Source: Pirellulales bacterium (GTDB lineage Bacteria > Planctomycetota > Planctomycetia > Pirellulales > UBA1268). From it: a stretch of DNA of 51,421 nucleotides. Position 1 is the stretch's first letter. The number at the start of each line of letters is the position of its first letter. Made by a program: the position numbers and the translations under genes. Under the pieces are notes generated by a model. The model worked only from the letters and a program-made list of their open reading frames with translations. It searched no databases and was not told the DNA's origin. The stretch spans positions 1 through 51,421 of the forward strand of contig JAUMAF010000151.1 in NCBI GenBank assembly GCA_032117045.1, in the 5' to 3' direction. Positions 8,503 through 17,640 of this stretch are shown here, piece by piece.

Positions 8503-8913
8503 ATGGCCGCATTGAGACCGGAGTTTTCCGAGAAACTCGCCGAGATCGCCCTGGCAATGCAGGCGGAGCGGACGGGCCACTCTCCGAAGGCAGTCACCGT
8601 GGTCGCCAGCGACGAGACCGTCGTCGTCACGATGCACGAAGCCCTCACGCCTGCGGAAAAGATCCTGGCACGGAGCGCCGCGGGTGCTTCAAAGGTCGAG
8701 GACTATCACCGGGCGCTGTTCGCCGTGTCGTGCGAGGAACTGCGGCTGGAGATCCAGCGGCTTTCGGGGCGAAAGGTCCGGGAGGCGGCCGTGGTGCTCG
8801 AACCGGCGACCGGTGCGATCGTGCACGCGTTCACCAGCGGCACCGTTGTGCAGATTTTCCAACTCGAGTCGCATAAAGCGGCCCGCGAGAGGACCGGCGA
8901 AGGGCCACGCTGA
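8503..8913 (+). CDS. DUF2294 (MpsC family) protein, second divergent copy
   Basis: TGHSPKAVTV...ALTPAEK...EIQRLSGRKV...TSGTVVQIF; AGGAG RBS before ATG 8503. Confidence 0.8.
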   Translation: MAALRPEFSEKLAEIALAMQAERTGHSPKAVTVVASDETVVVTMHEALTPAEKILARSAAGASKVEDYHRALFAVSCEELRLEIQRLSGRKVREAAVVLEPATGAIVHAFTSGTVVQIFQLESHKAARERTGEGPR

Positions 8914-9025
8914 TCATCCCGGCCAACCCCGCCACCATCATGGCGACACCGCTCGGCTCGGTCATCGACACGGTGAGCCGTACGACCGGGCCCGACCGCG
9001 GCCCGCATTCCAGAAGGATTCCCCC

Positions 9026-9600
9026 ATGAAACGCTTTTTTGTCATCGACGCCGCATCGTTCGTGATGCTTGCCTGAGCGACTACATCGGCCCGCAGACGC
9101 TCACGATCGCCTACGAGGTGGCCATCTCGTCGAGTGAGGTGTTTCAGTCGGTATCGCTCGACCAGGATTTCTCCGGGGCATCGGCGACCACCTACACGGA
9201 CATGTTCGCGAGTCTCGAGGATCTCCAGGCGAACCCGACGCCCGGCAGCGGAACCTGGGCGCTGTCGGTGATCGATTCGGGAGCCGGCACCACCATCGCC
9301 CTGCCCCCGATCCAGACGCTCTGGATCCGGGGCACGATCGTACTTGGCGCCAGTGGGTCGGTGCTCTCGATCTCCAACACGATCGTGCAGGTGCCCGAGC
9401 CCGCGGCGGCCAGCCTGGCGGGCTGCGGCATGCTGCTGGCAGGGGCGGCGTGGCGCCGCAGGAAGAGATGGACGGCGGGAGACCGACCTTCGACAAACCC
9501 GTTCGGACTTGAGCGACGAGCGGATGAGTCGAAACGAAACCATACGGCGACAAGGACCCGCGATACGATATTGCTTGCATGTGAGTCCCGCATCGGATAG
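9026..9600 (+). pseudogene. Disrupted PEP-CTERM surface protein gene
   Basis: RBS plus signal-like MKRFFVIDAASFVMLA stops at 9076; the body with VPEP-TM-RRRKR is in another frame and runs ~40 codons past the basic cluster. Confidence 0.6.
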
Positions 9601-9829
9601 GGTGGGGAATTGCTCTTCGTGTGGGGAATGCAGCGAGCCGTGTTCTGGAGGAACATCCCGAACGTGCTCGGTCTGCGATCCGCTGGATCGATCGCTGATC
9701 CATGGTGCGTCGCGACCCGTCGGTCGCGATGAAGTGCTGCCGGCCGCTCTGGCCGGCATGTTCGCAAACGAGTGGCTGTTGCCGGCCCCACTGGCCTGCG
9801 GTCCAGCCATCCCCCCAGGGAGGTGATCG

Positions 9830-11047
9830 ATGGAAGCCACCGTGCGTCCGCTGTTTGTCTCGACCTATCCGCCGGAAGCGTGCGGTCTGGCCACGTTCAC
9901 CAAGGACTCCGCCGATGCGGTCGATCTGGCCGCCGGCCGGCCCGTCTCCGCGGTGGCCGCCATCGAGCGGCTCGCCACGATCCCACCCTGCGATCCGCGG
10001 GTCACCCACGTCATCAACAACCGTCGCCCCGACGCCTACCGGTTCGCCGCCGAAGTGGCCAACGAGGGGCCTTGCGATGTCGTGAGCCTGCAGCATGAGT
10101 TCGGGCTCTATCCGGGGGAGTGGGGCGGCCGCATCCTCGATTTCGTGCAGGCCTGTAGGAAGCCGATCGTGACCACATTCCACACGCTCCTGCCTCGGCC
10201 TGAGCCGGTGCCACGGATGCTGGTTCGGCAACTGGCGGCGCACAGCCGCCGCGTCGTCGTGATGACGCGGATCGCGGCCCGGTTGCTGCGCGACGACTAC
10301 GGCGTGGAGCCTGGCCGGGTGCGGATCATCCCCCACGGCGTGCCTCCGGTGCCGTTTGGCCGCGACGAATCGCTCAAGGGGCGCTTCGGCCTCGCCGGCC
10401 GCCGCGTGATCTGCACATTCGGCCTGATCAATCGCGGCAAGGGGCTCGAACACATGATTCGCGGCATGCCGGCGGTGGTCGCGGCCTGCCCGGAAGCGGT
10501 GTATCTGGTCGTCGGCGCCACGCATCCGCAAGTGAAGCTCCACGAGGGCGAGGTCTACCGCGAGGGGCTGGCGGAACTGGCCCGGTCGCTGGGCATGGAG
10601 GAGCACGTGCGATTCGTGAACCGCTACCTGAGCCTGCCCGATCTGCTCGCCCACCTGCAGGCCTGCGACGTCTTCGTCACGCCCTATCCCGGGAAAGACC
10701 AGATCGCCAGCGGAACAATGGCCTACGCCATGGCCGTCGTCGGCGCCGTCATCAGCACTCCCTATCTCTACGCCCGGGAGATGCTGGCGGGCGGCCGGGG
10801 GATTCTCGTGCCGTTCTCCGACAGCGACAGTCTGGCCCGCGCGGCCAGCCTGCTGCTCACCGACGACAACCTCCGACGGCGGACCCAGCGCAGGGCGTAC
10901 CGCCACGTGCGACCGATGTTCTGGCCCAACGTGGGCCGCCTCTATCACGAACTCTTGAGCAGGGTCGCCGCGGAGCACCGCCGGGCCGGGCTGCGGGAAT
11001 CAAGGGCCGAAGACCTCGGCCTCGCCCTCCAGGGAGACGCCCGATGA
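9830..11047 (+). CDS. GT4 family glycosyltransferase
   Basis: [48 protein letters not shown] motifs; GGAGGT RBS. Confidence 0.92.
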   Translation: MEATVRPLFVSTYPPEACGLATFTKDSADAVDLAAGRPVSAVAAIERLATIPPCDPRVTHVINNRRPDAYRFAAEVANEGPCDVVSLQHEFGLYPGEWGGRILDFVQACRKPIVTTFHTLLPRPEPVPRMLVRQLAAHSRRVVVMTRIAARLLRDDYGVEPGRVRIIPHGVPPVPFGRDESLKGRFGLAGRRVICTFGLINRGKGLEHMIRGMPAVVAACPEAVYLVVGATHPQVKLHEGEVYREGLAELARSLGMEEHVRFVNRYLSLPDLLAHLQACDVFVTPYPGKDQIASGTMAYAMAVVGAVISTPYLYAREMLAGGRGILVPFSDSDSLARAASLLLTDDNLRRRTQRRAYRHVRPMFWPNVGRLYHELLSRVAAEHRRAGLRESRAEDLGLALQGDAR

Positions 11048-12141
11048 TTGACGCCGCACAGGTTCCCCTCATCCATCTGGATCGGATGACCGATTCGACC
11101 GGCCTGATCCAGCATGCGATCTACGGCATTCCGCGCCGCGAAAGCGGCTACACGACCGACGACAACGCCCGCGCCCTGCGGCTCTGCACCAGGCTCTGGA
11201 GCCACCATCCGGACGACCGCATGCTGACGCGGGTGTCGTGCTACCTGAGTTTTCTCGAATACGCGCGCTGTCGGGAGAAAAGTTTTCACAACTTCCTCAG
11301 CTACCAACGGCATTGGCTCGACACCGCCGGCACCGGCGATTGCCAGGGGCAGGCGGTGCTCGCGCTGGCCGAGGTGCTCGGCAGCCGGCTCCCGGAAGGC
11401 TACCGGTCGGTGGCCTGGGAGCTGATCAAGACGGTCCTCCCCACGCTCGCCGAGCTTCGCAGCCTGCGGGCGCAGGCCTACGTGATCATGGCCTGGTCGC
11501 ATCTCTGGAAAGCCGACATCGCGCAGGCCCGAGGGCTGCAGGCCGTCGCGCACCGCGCCGCGCTGCGGCTCACCGAGGCCTACGAGCGATCGCGCCGGCC
11601 CGACTGGCCGTGGTTCGAATCGCGGATGACCTACGCCAACGCCGTGCTTCCGCACAGCCTGTTCGCTGCGGCCGAGCGCTGGCCGAACGGGCCGTTCCTC
11701 ACCGTTGCCGAGGATACGTTCGGCTTCCTCGTCCGCGAGACGACGACCGATGGGGTCTTCTGGCCGGTGGGCAACGCCGACTGGTACGCGCGGGGCGAGA
11801 CGAAGTCCCCCTACGACCAGCAACCGGTGGAGGCCTCGACGATGGCCGAGGCGGCACTGGCCGCATTCACCGCTCGGCCAGACGGCGGCCATCTGGTGAC
11901 GTTCCTGCGTGCGCACTGCTGGTTCGGGGGTCGCAACAGCCTGGGACTCCCCCTGGTCGATCCGGTCACCGGAGGCTGCTGCGACGGCCTGCAGCGTGGC
12001 GGCCTCAACCACAATCAAGGTGCGGAGTCGACGCTCGCATCGCTGTGGACGCAGTGGCTCGGCACCACGACCCGACAACTCGACGACAGGGCGACGCGAT
12101 CGCTCCCGAATCTCTCACCCCAGGAGCCCAGCGTCGCATGA
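11044..12141 (+). CDS. GT4-associated (alpha/alpha)-barrel glycosidase-like protein
   Basis: [52 protein letters not shown]; ATGA overlap with the GT4 gene. Confidence 0.85.
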   Translation: MIDAAQVPLIHLDRMTDSTGLIQHAIYGIPRRESGYTTDDNARALRLCTRLWSHHPDDRMLTRVSCYLSFLEYARCREKSFHNFLSYQRHWLDTAGTGDCQGQAVLALAEVLGSRLPEGYRSVAWELIKTVLPTLAELRSLRAQAYVIMAWSHLWKADIAQARGLQAVAHRAALRLTEAYERSRRPDWPWFESRMTYANAVLPHSLFAAAERWPNGPFLTVAEDTFGFLVRETTTDGVFWPVGNADWYARGETKSPYDQQPVEASTMAEAALAAFTARPDGGHLVTFLRAHCWFGGRNSLGLPLVDPVTGGCCDGLQRGGLNHNQGAESTLASLWTQWLGTTTRQLDDRATRSLPNLSPQEPSVA

Positions 12142-13133
12142 CTCCTCTCATCAAGCCGCAGCATTACCCCGAACTGTTCCGCCGCCACGAGGGCAATCCG
12201 ATCCTCACGGCCAATGACTGGCCCTATCCGGTCCACACCGTCTTCAACGCGGGAGCCTGCCAGATGGGCCCCAACACGCTGCTGCTGGTGCGGGTCGAGG
12301 ACCGTCGCGGCCATTCCCATCTCAGCGTGGCCCGCAGCGACGACGGCATCTCCAACTGGCGGATCGACCCCCAGCCCACCTTTGCGCCCGATCCGGTGAA
12401 CTATGCCGAAGAGGCCTGGGGCGTGGAGGACGCCCGCGTCACCTGGGTCGCCGATCGCCAGGAGTGGATCATCGCCTACACCGCCTTCTCTCCAATCGGC
12501 CCGCTCGTCTCCCTGGCCTCCACCGTCGATTTCCAGTCGTTCATCCGCCTCGGGCCGGTGATGCCCCCCGAGGACAAAGACGCCGCCATTTTTCCGCGGC
12601 AGTTCGGTGGCCGCTACGCGATGATCCATCGGCCGGTGTCGGCGGGAAGCTCCGGCGCCCACATCTGGCTCTCGTTTTCGCCCGACCTGCGGCACTGGGG
12701 TGATCATCACGTGCTGCTGCACGCCCGCCGCGGGGCGTGGTGGGATGCCAACAAGATCGGCCTCAGCCCCACGCCCCTGGAGACACCGGAAGGCTGGCTG
12801 CTGCTCTACCACGGCGTGCGGCACACCCCCGGTGGCTGCCTCTACCGGCTCGGCCTGGCGCTGCTCGACCTGGAGCAGCCGTGGCGGGTGCTACGCCGCA
12901 GCGACGACTGGATCTTCGCCCCGGAAATGCCCTACGAGCGGCAGGGCGACGTCAACGGCGTGGTCTTTCCATGCGGCTGGATCCTCGACGAGGCCACCGG
13001 CATGATCCGGATGTACTACGGCGGCGCCGATTCCTGCCTGGCCTTGGCCACGGGCCGGCTGTCCGACGTGCTCGACTACCTCCGCGAGTGTCCGGCGCCC
13101 GCGGCCAGGGCGCGTCCAGGCATGGCGGTCTGA
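12138..13133 (+). CDS. GH130 family glycoside hydrolase/phosphorylase
   Basis: VFNAGA, GVEDARVT, EDKDAAIFP, HRP, GWLLLYHGV, VVFPCG, YYGGAD; ATG 12138 overlaps the upstream stop. Confidence 0.92.
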   Translation: MTPLIKPQHYPELFRRHEGNPILTANDWPYPVHTVFNAGACQMGPNTLLLVRVEDRRGHSHLSVARSDDGISNWRIDPQPTFAPDPVNYAEEAWGVEDARVTWVADRQEWIIAYTAFSPIGPLVSLASTVDFQSFIRLGPVMPPEDKDAAIFPRQFGGRYAMIHRPVSAGSSGAHIWLSFSPDLRHWGDHHVLLHARRGAWWDANKIGLSPTPLETPEGWLLLYHGVRHTPGGCLYRLGLALLDLEQPWRVLRRSDDWIFAPEMPYERQGDVNGVVFPCGWILDEATGMIRMYYGGADSCLALATGRLSDVLDYLRECPAPAARARPGMAV

Positions 13134-13297
13134 ACCTCGCGATGGAGCACGACCTCGCCAGCCGTGTCGCCTTTGGGCCGCTCGACGGTGCGGCTTCCAG
13201 CCCTTAGGCATGGCAGCAGTCGGGTTCGGCAGGTGGTTCATGACGCAGCCGTTGCCGGTTCGGATCGCAGACATCGCGCTCGCAGGCGTCCGCTCCA

Positions 13298-14430
13298 TCA
13301 GAAGCTCACGAGCGCCCGCACGCCGGCGATCAGCGCCGTCTCCGGCCGGGCACGGTGCCCCCTACGCCAACGCTCAGGAACGCGTCGATCGGGCTGGTGT
13401 TCGGATCCGCGATGCCGGCTCGGCCGAACGGGCCCCAGCCGCGAGTGTCGTCGGCCGGATCGACAAACAGGTACTGATCGAAGTTCCAATACAGGCACCA
13501 GGAGCCACGGGTCGTCGGAATCGCCACGTCCGGGTAGGGGATGTAGGCCTCGGTGATCGACGTGTAGGTGCGGCTGTTCCAGGTGCCGCCGAGCAGCTGG
13601 TGGCCCGGGCGGTCGAGGAAGTTCGTGGGCACCCGTAGGGCCGCCGACAGGAGCATGCCGTCGTTGAACAGCGTGTCGAAGCCGCTCGTGGCCGTCGTGT
13701 CGGTCGAGTTGAGCACGGTCACCATCACCATCGGCCCGTCGTCGGGATGAATCACGAATCCCGCCCCCAGCGTGGAGTAGGGCACCGTCGCCCCGACGAT
13801 CGGATTGAAGATGAATCCCATGTTCGAGAACTGCGTCTTGCCCCGGCCGTGGGCGAAGGTGTTCATGTCGCCGTCGAGCGTGTCCATCTTGCCGGCGAAC
13901 ACGGAGACCGCATCGGTCAGCTCCTGCGTGAGCAGGACGTTCGTCAGATACACCTCTTCGCTGCCGTAGACCGGCAGGTCGGCAATCAGCGTCGGTGAGA
14001 TGAAACAGCCCACGTTGCCGACGATCGTCTCACCGTAGCGGTGCTCGGCGCGAAGCTTGAGATACAGCCCGTCGCGCACGCCGAGCCTGCCGCCGTCGGC
14101 GATCACGCAGTAGTCGCCGTGCCCGGCGTAGTCGAAGGCCTGGTCGAAGCCGCCGGTGGCATTGCCGATAGAGAAGCCCGTGTTGTCGGCGAGGATGGTC
14201 AGGCCGGCGTCGGCCAGCCGCTCGCGGAAGCCGTCCTGCGAGCCCAGGAGATGCGGGGCCATCTCATACTGCGGCTCTTCCATGTAAGGCTGCGGCGGGT
14301 TCTCCGCGATAGCCGGGCCGACGAGGCAGCACCAGAGCCCGGCGGTGAGCCATGGCAGCGGCCAACCGGTCGTCCGCTGTCGCTGGTGCACGTCGCGAGC
14401 CCCACAGGTCGGTCGCATGAAAGCCGCCAT
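13298..14430 (-). pseudogene. OprB-family carbohydrate porin with an internal deletion/frameshift near the C-terminus
   Basis: Porin-like body (FAHGRGKTQFSN, YWNFDQYL, GPFGRAGIAD) stops at 13330; the terminal strand ETALIAGVRALVSF* lies in a shifted frame ending at 13298. Confidence 0.75.
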
Positions 14431-14795
14431 TGCCGTCGGGGGGGCCGCATCATCGATACCATCGACGCAGCCGTATCACCGGATTTGGCGAATCTCCGGC
14501 CGGGGCCTGGCACCTGTTCAAGTGGCGTAGCCGGGCAGACCCTGCGGCCTCGCGTCGAACCTGATCCCACGGCTCAAATCCGGCCACGAGACCAGCAATC
14601 GCTCGAGTGCAGGGCCGAAGGCGTGAAACGGAATCAGCCCGGCGACGAGTTCCACGCGGCGGGAGAGCTTCGGCAGCGATGCGGCCCAGATGGCGGCACG
14701 TGCCTGACTATGACACGTTCGACCCGGGGCACCGCAAGGTGAACGGAGCTTTCCCGCGAACCGAGGCAGGATGCTGGCTGAGTATCGCGACAACC

Positions 14796-15026
14796 TCATC
14801 CGTCACTCGCGGCAGCGTCGAACGCCATAAACCGTGGCAATGGATTGCCGTCCACGATGACGGTCTCACCGAACATCGCGGCCGGGCGGACCCAGAGGCC
14901 GCGATCACCGTACTCTTGCCGGTAGACGACGAGTTCCTCGAGCGTCTCGCTGTGCCGGGCGACACCGATGACCGTGTACTCGTTTCCCTTGTAGTGCCGG
15001 TAGCGGCCCGGGCGGATTTCGGACAT
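14796..15026 (-). CDS. DUF1653 domain protein
   Basis: GRYRHYKGNEY...ARHSETLEELVVYR...LWVRP..MF signature. Confidence 0.92.
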   Translation of the reverse strand: MSEIRPGRYRHYKGNEYTVIGVARHSETLEELVVYRQEYGDRGLWVRPAAMFGETVIVDGNPLPRFMAFDAAASDG

Positions 15027-15162
15027 GCGTTGCCTCTCATGCTTGAGCCGTCGAATACAGCCATGCGACTTCCGTCATCGCACACCTCCCGACAGTCGCC
15101 CGCATACGCTATCCTTCCGGGTCCAAACCTGTCCCTCCCCCCTATCGGAAACCCCTTTCACG

Positions 15163-16407
15163 ATGTCTGCCGAGACCGCCGCCGACCCCTGGTTCCAGGA
15201 TCTCTTCGCCCAGCGGATCGGCGGGGCGATGTTTGGCAAGGGCACGGAGATCTACAAGTTCGAACTCATCAAGCGGGCCAAGCGAAAGGCGATCGCCGAT
15301 CATCCCGAGCGGCGGATGCTCGACTTCGGCATCGGCGAGAACGACGAGATGGCGCCGGCCAACGTGCGGGCCGTCATGAAGCGGGAAGTGGACCGTCCTG
15401 AGAATCGCGGCTACGCCGACAACGGGATCGCCGTCTTCAAGGAAGCGGCGGCGGCCTTCATGCAGCGGGAGTTCGGCGTGATGCTCGACCCCGTGACCGA
15501 GGTCAACCACTGCATCGGCTCGAAGACCGCCTATGCAATGCTGCCCGCCGCATTCATCAATCCCGGCGACGTCACGCTCATGACCGTGCCTGGCTATCCC
15601 GTTGCCGGCACGGCCACCCGCTGGTTCGGCGGCGTCGTTCACCGGCTGCCGCTCGTTGCCGAACACGACTTCTTCCCGGACCTCGACGGCATCCCCGCGG
15701 ACGTGCTCGCGAAGACGAAGATGCTCGTGCTCTGCTATCCGAACAGCCCGACGGGCAGGACGGCTACGCGGGAGTTCTACAAGAGGGTGGTCGATTTTGC
15801 TCACCAGCACCGGGTGATCGTGGTGCAGGACGCGGCCCACATCATGCTCTCGTATAATGAGGAGCCCCTCTCGTTTCTCTCGATCGACGGCGCCAAGGAC
15901 GTCGGCGTCGAGGTGCACTCGATGTCGAAGGGCTTCCACATGATCGGCTGGCGGATGGGCTGGGTCTGCGGCCACGAACGGATCGTGCGGGCCTTCGCCG
16001 ATATCAAGGACAACTGCGATTCGGGACAGTTCATGGCGATCCAGAAGGCGGCTGCGGCGGCGCTGGCCGATCCGCAGATTCCGCGGCTCGTTCGCGAGAA
16101 ATATCGCCGCCGGCTCGAGAAACTCGTGGGCGTGCTCCGCGCCTCGGGCTTCGAGTGCGAAATGCCAGGGGGCACCTACTTCCTCTACACACCAAGCCCA
16201 AAAGCCACCGGCGACCGCAGCTTCGCAACGGCGCAGGATGCCAGCCAGTTCCTGATCCACGACCTTTCCATCTCAACCGTGCCGTGGGACGACTGCGGCG
16301 CCTATCTGCGGTTCTCCGTCACCTACGAGGCCGAGGACGAGGCCGCCGAGGACGACCTGATGGCCGAACTGCACGCCCGACTGCAGCGGGCCCGCCTCAA
16401 GTTCTGA
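15163..16407 (+). CDS. dapL: LL-diaminopimelate aminotransferase (class I/II PLP aminotransferase)
   Basis: DFGIGE, GSKTA, PGYPV, YPNSPTG, DAAH, PLP lysine motif HSMSKGFHMIGWRMG; start moved to ATG 15163. Confidence 0.8.
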   Translation: MSAETAADPWFQDLFAQRIGGAMFGKGTEIYKFELIKRAKRKAIADHPERRMLDFGIGENDEMAPANVRAVMKREVDRPENRGYADNGIAVFKEAAAAFMQREFGVMLDPVTEVNHCIGSKTAYAMLPAAFINPGDVTLMTVPGYPVAGTATRWFGGVVHRLPLVAEHDFFPDLDGIPADVLAKTKMLVLCYPNSPTGRTATREFYKRVVDFAHQHRVIVVQDAAHIMLSYNEEPLSFLSIDGAKDVGVEVHSMSKGFHMIGWRMGWVCGHERIVRAFADIKDNCDSGQFMAIQKAAAAALADPQIPRLVREKYRRRLEKLVGVLRASGFECEMPGGTYFLYTPSPKATGDRSFATAQDASQFLIHDLSISTVPWDDCGAYLRFSVTYEAEDEAAEDDLMAELHARLQRARLKF

Positions 16408-16469
16408 AGCCTGTTCAGCCCGCCTCACCGCCCTTCCATCAACCTGCCCGACCTGAGGATTCACCTGCC

Positions 16470-17417
16470 ATGCCGAGGCCAAGCCTGTCTTGTCTCATCG
16501 CCTGCCTCTGCAGCCTTGTCCTCGTCGCGCCGTTGGCTGGATGCGGTGGGGGCACAAAAAAGCGGCCGGTCATGACGATCGCAGAGCGGCTGAAGAAGGC
16601 CCGGGGCGACGCGACCCCCGGCGGGCCGGCGCGGGAGTTGGCGAAGGTGGCGCGGTTGCAGTTCACATCGGGCGACAAGACCGGTGCGATCACGACGCTG
16701 GCAGAGGCTCGCAGGACGATCAAGGACGACGCCGACGCCACGATCTTCGCGCCGCGGCTGGTCGACATTGCCGACGCCTACGCCGATCTCGCCGACAAAA
16801 AATCGGCCCGCGAAGCGGTCGATCAGGCCGTCACGATGGCAGACCAGATTCCTGATGCGGTCGGCCGGGCTAACGTGCTGGCCAAGGCCGGCGGGATTTA
16901 TGGAGCCAAGCAGGGGGGGCTGGGCGATGCAACCCTCGCCAAGAAAACACTCGCCAAGGCGGCGGCGATCGCCGAGAGCGACGAGGTGTCAGATCGCTTC
17001 CGGCCGCAGGCGCTCGCGGCCGTCGCCCTCGGCTATGCCAACGCCAGTCTCGCCGGCGACGCGCGGGAGATCCTCGAGAAGCTCGAGACCACGGCCAGCG
17101 GCCTCGAAGATCTTCGGCCGAAAGCCGAGGCACTCGCCGCAGCCGCCAACGTGTATGCGAAGAGCGGATCACAAGACAAGGCGGCGGCCCTGCTTTCCCA
17201 AGCCGCCGAGGCGGCCAAGGGGATCAACGGCGCGGCGAATCGAGCCTTCGCCCTCGTCGCCGTGGCCAACGTGATGAACGCCGTCGGCGACCGGAAGGGG
17301 GCCGCGGCGCTCGCGGCCGAAGCCGAGAAGTCGGCCGGGAAGATCGCCGATCCGGAGCAGCAGAAAGACGCCCTGCAGGCCGTCCGCGTATTGGAAGCCG
17401 CAGCAGCGAAGGGCTAA
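16470..17417 (+). CDS. Ala-rich helical-repeat (TPR-like) lipoprotein
   Basis: Lipobox LAGC; recurring ~38-aa helical repeats (RA.AL..VA..YA..G....A). Confidence 0.8.
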   Translation: MPRPSLSCLIACLCSLVLVAPLAGCGGGTKKRPVMTIAERLKKARGDATPGGPARELAKVARLQFTSGDKTGAITTLAEARRTIKDDADATIFAPRLVDIADAYADLADKKSAREAVDQAVTMADQIPDAVGRANVLAKAGGIYGAKQGGLGDATLAKKTLAKAAAIAESDEVSDRFRPQALAAVALGYANASLAGDAREILEKLETTASGLEDLRPKAEALAAAANVYAKSGSQDKAAALLSQAAEAAKGINGAANRAFALVAVANVMNAVGDRKGAAALAAEAEKSAGKIADPEQQKDALQAVRVLEAAAAKG

Positions 17418-17423
17418 CCTCCT

Positions 17424-17574
17424 CGGGCACGAACTCAGCGAGGGGCTGCCCGTGCCTCGGAGCCGGCGTATGACGCCAAGCGCAGGCAGGATGCCGAAGC
17501 GCCGGCGGCATCCGAGTGAGTGAAGCCCAGGATGGGCGCAACGAACGTCCGGCTCTCGGGGCATGGGCAGGCCC
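17424..17574 (+). repeat. Structured intergenic repeat element, copy 1 (complete)
   Basis: 17424-17539 matches 51306-51421 at 112/116; long imperfect closing stem 17442-17466 / 17549-17574. Confidence 0.93.
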
Positions 17575-17592
17575 GAGCCGCCCACCAGGACA

Positions 17593-17640
17593 GCCCGCGG
17601 CCTCACGGCCGGTCGGCTTGTGCCGGAGCCCGCGGCCTAC
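17593..17640. repeat. Short REP-like palindromic repeat (gcccgcggcctNacggccggtcggcYtg), ~1.5 units
   Basis: Similar units at 51277-51303 and, inverted, at 43382-43413. Confidence 0.65.

Noticed and set aside
9650-9674. GGAAC-N16-GTCT, resembling an ECF sigma promoter upstream of the GT4 operon
   Set aside because: Single short match; I could not find a convincing second instance upstream of neighbouring genes.
11044-11047. GT4 and barrel protein as one frameshifted gene (they are fused in some bacteria)
   Set aside because: Clean ATGA coupling with an AGGGAG RBS and complete termini indicates a genuine two-gene arrangement.
11238-12137. N-terminal 300 aa of the 631-aa track ORF
   Set aside because: Out-of-frame overlap with the 365-aa gene; GH130 starts at 12138. 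Similar spurious extensions were trimmed for dapL, the lipoprotein, GH2, galK and the TIM-barrel gene.
14701-14795. tRNA, tmRNA, SRP RNA or TPP riboswitch
   Set aside because: No cloverleaf or CCA end, no SRP helix-8 GGAAGG/AGCAG motif, and TPP-like words occur in the wrong order.
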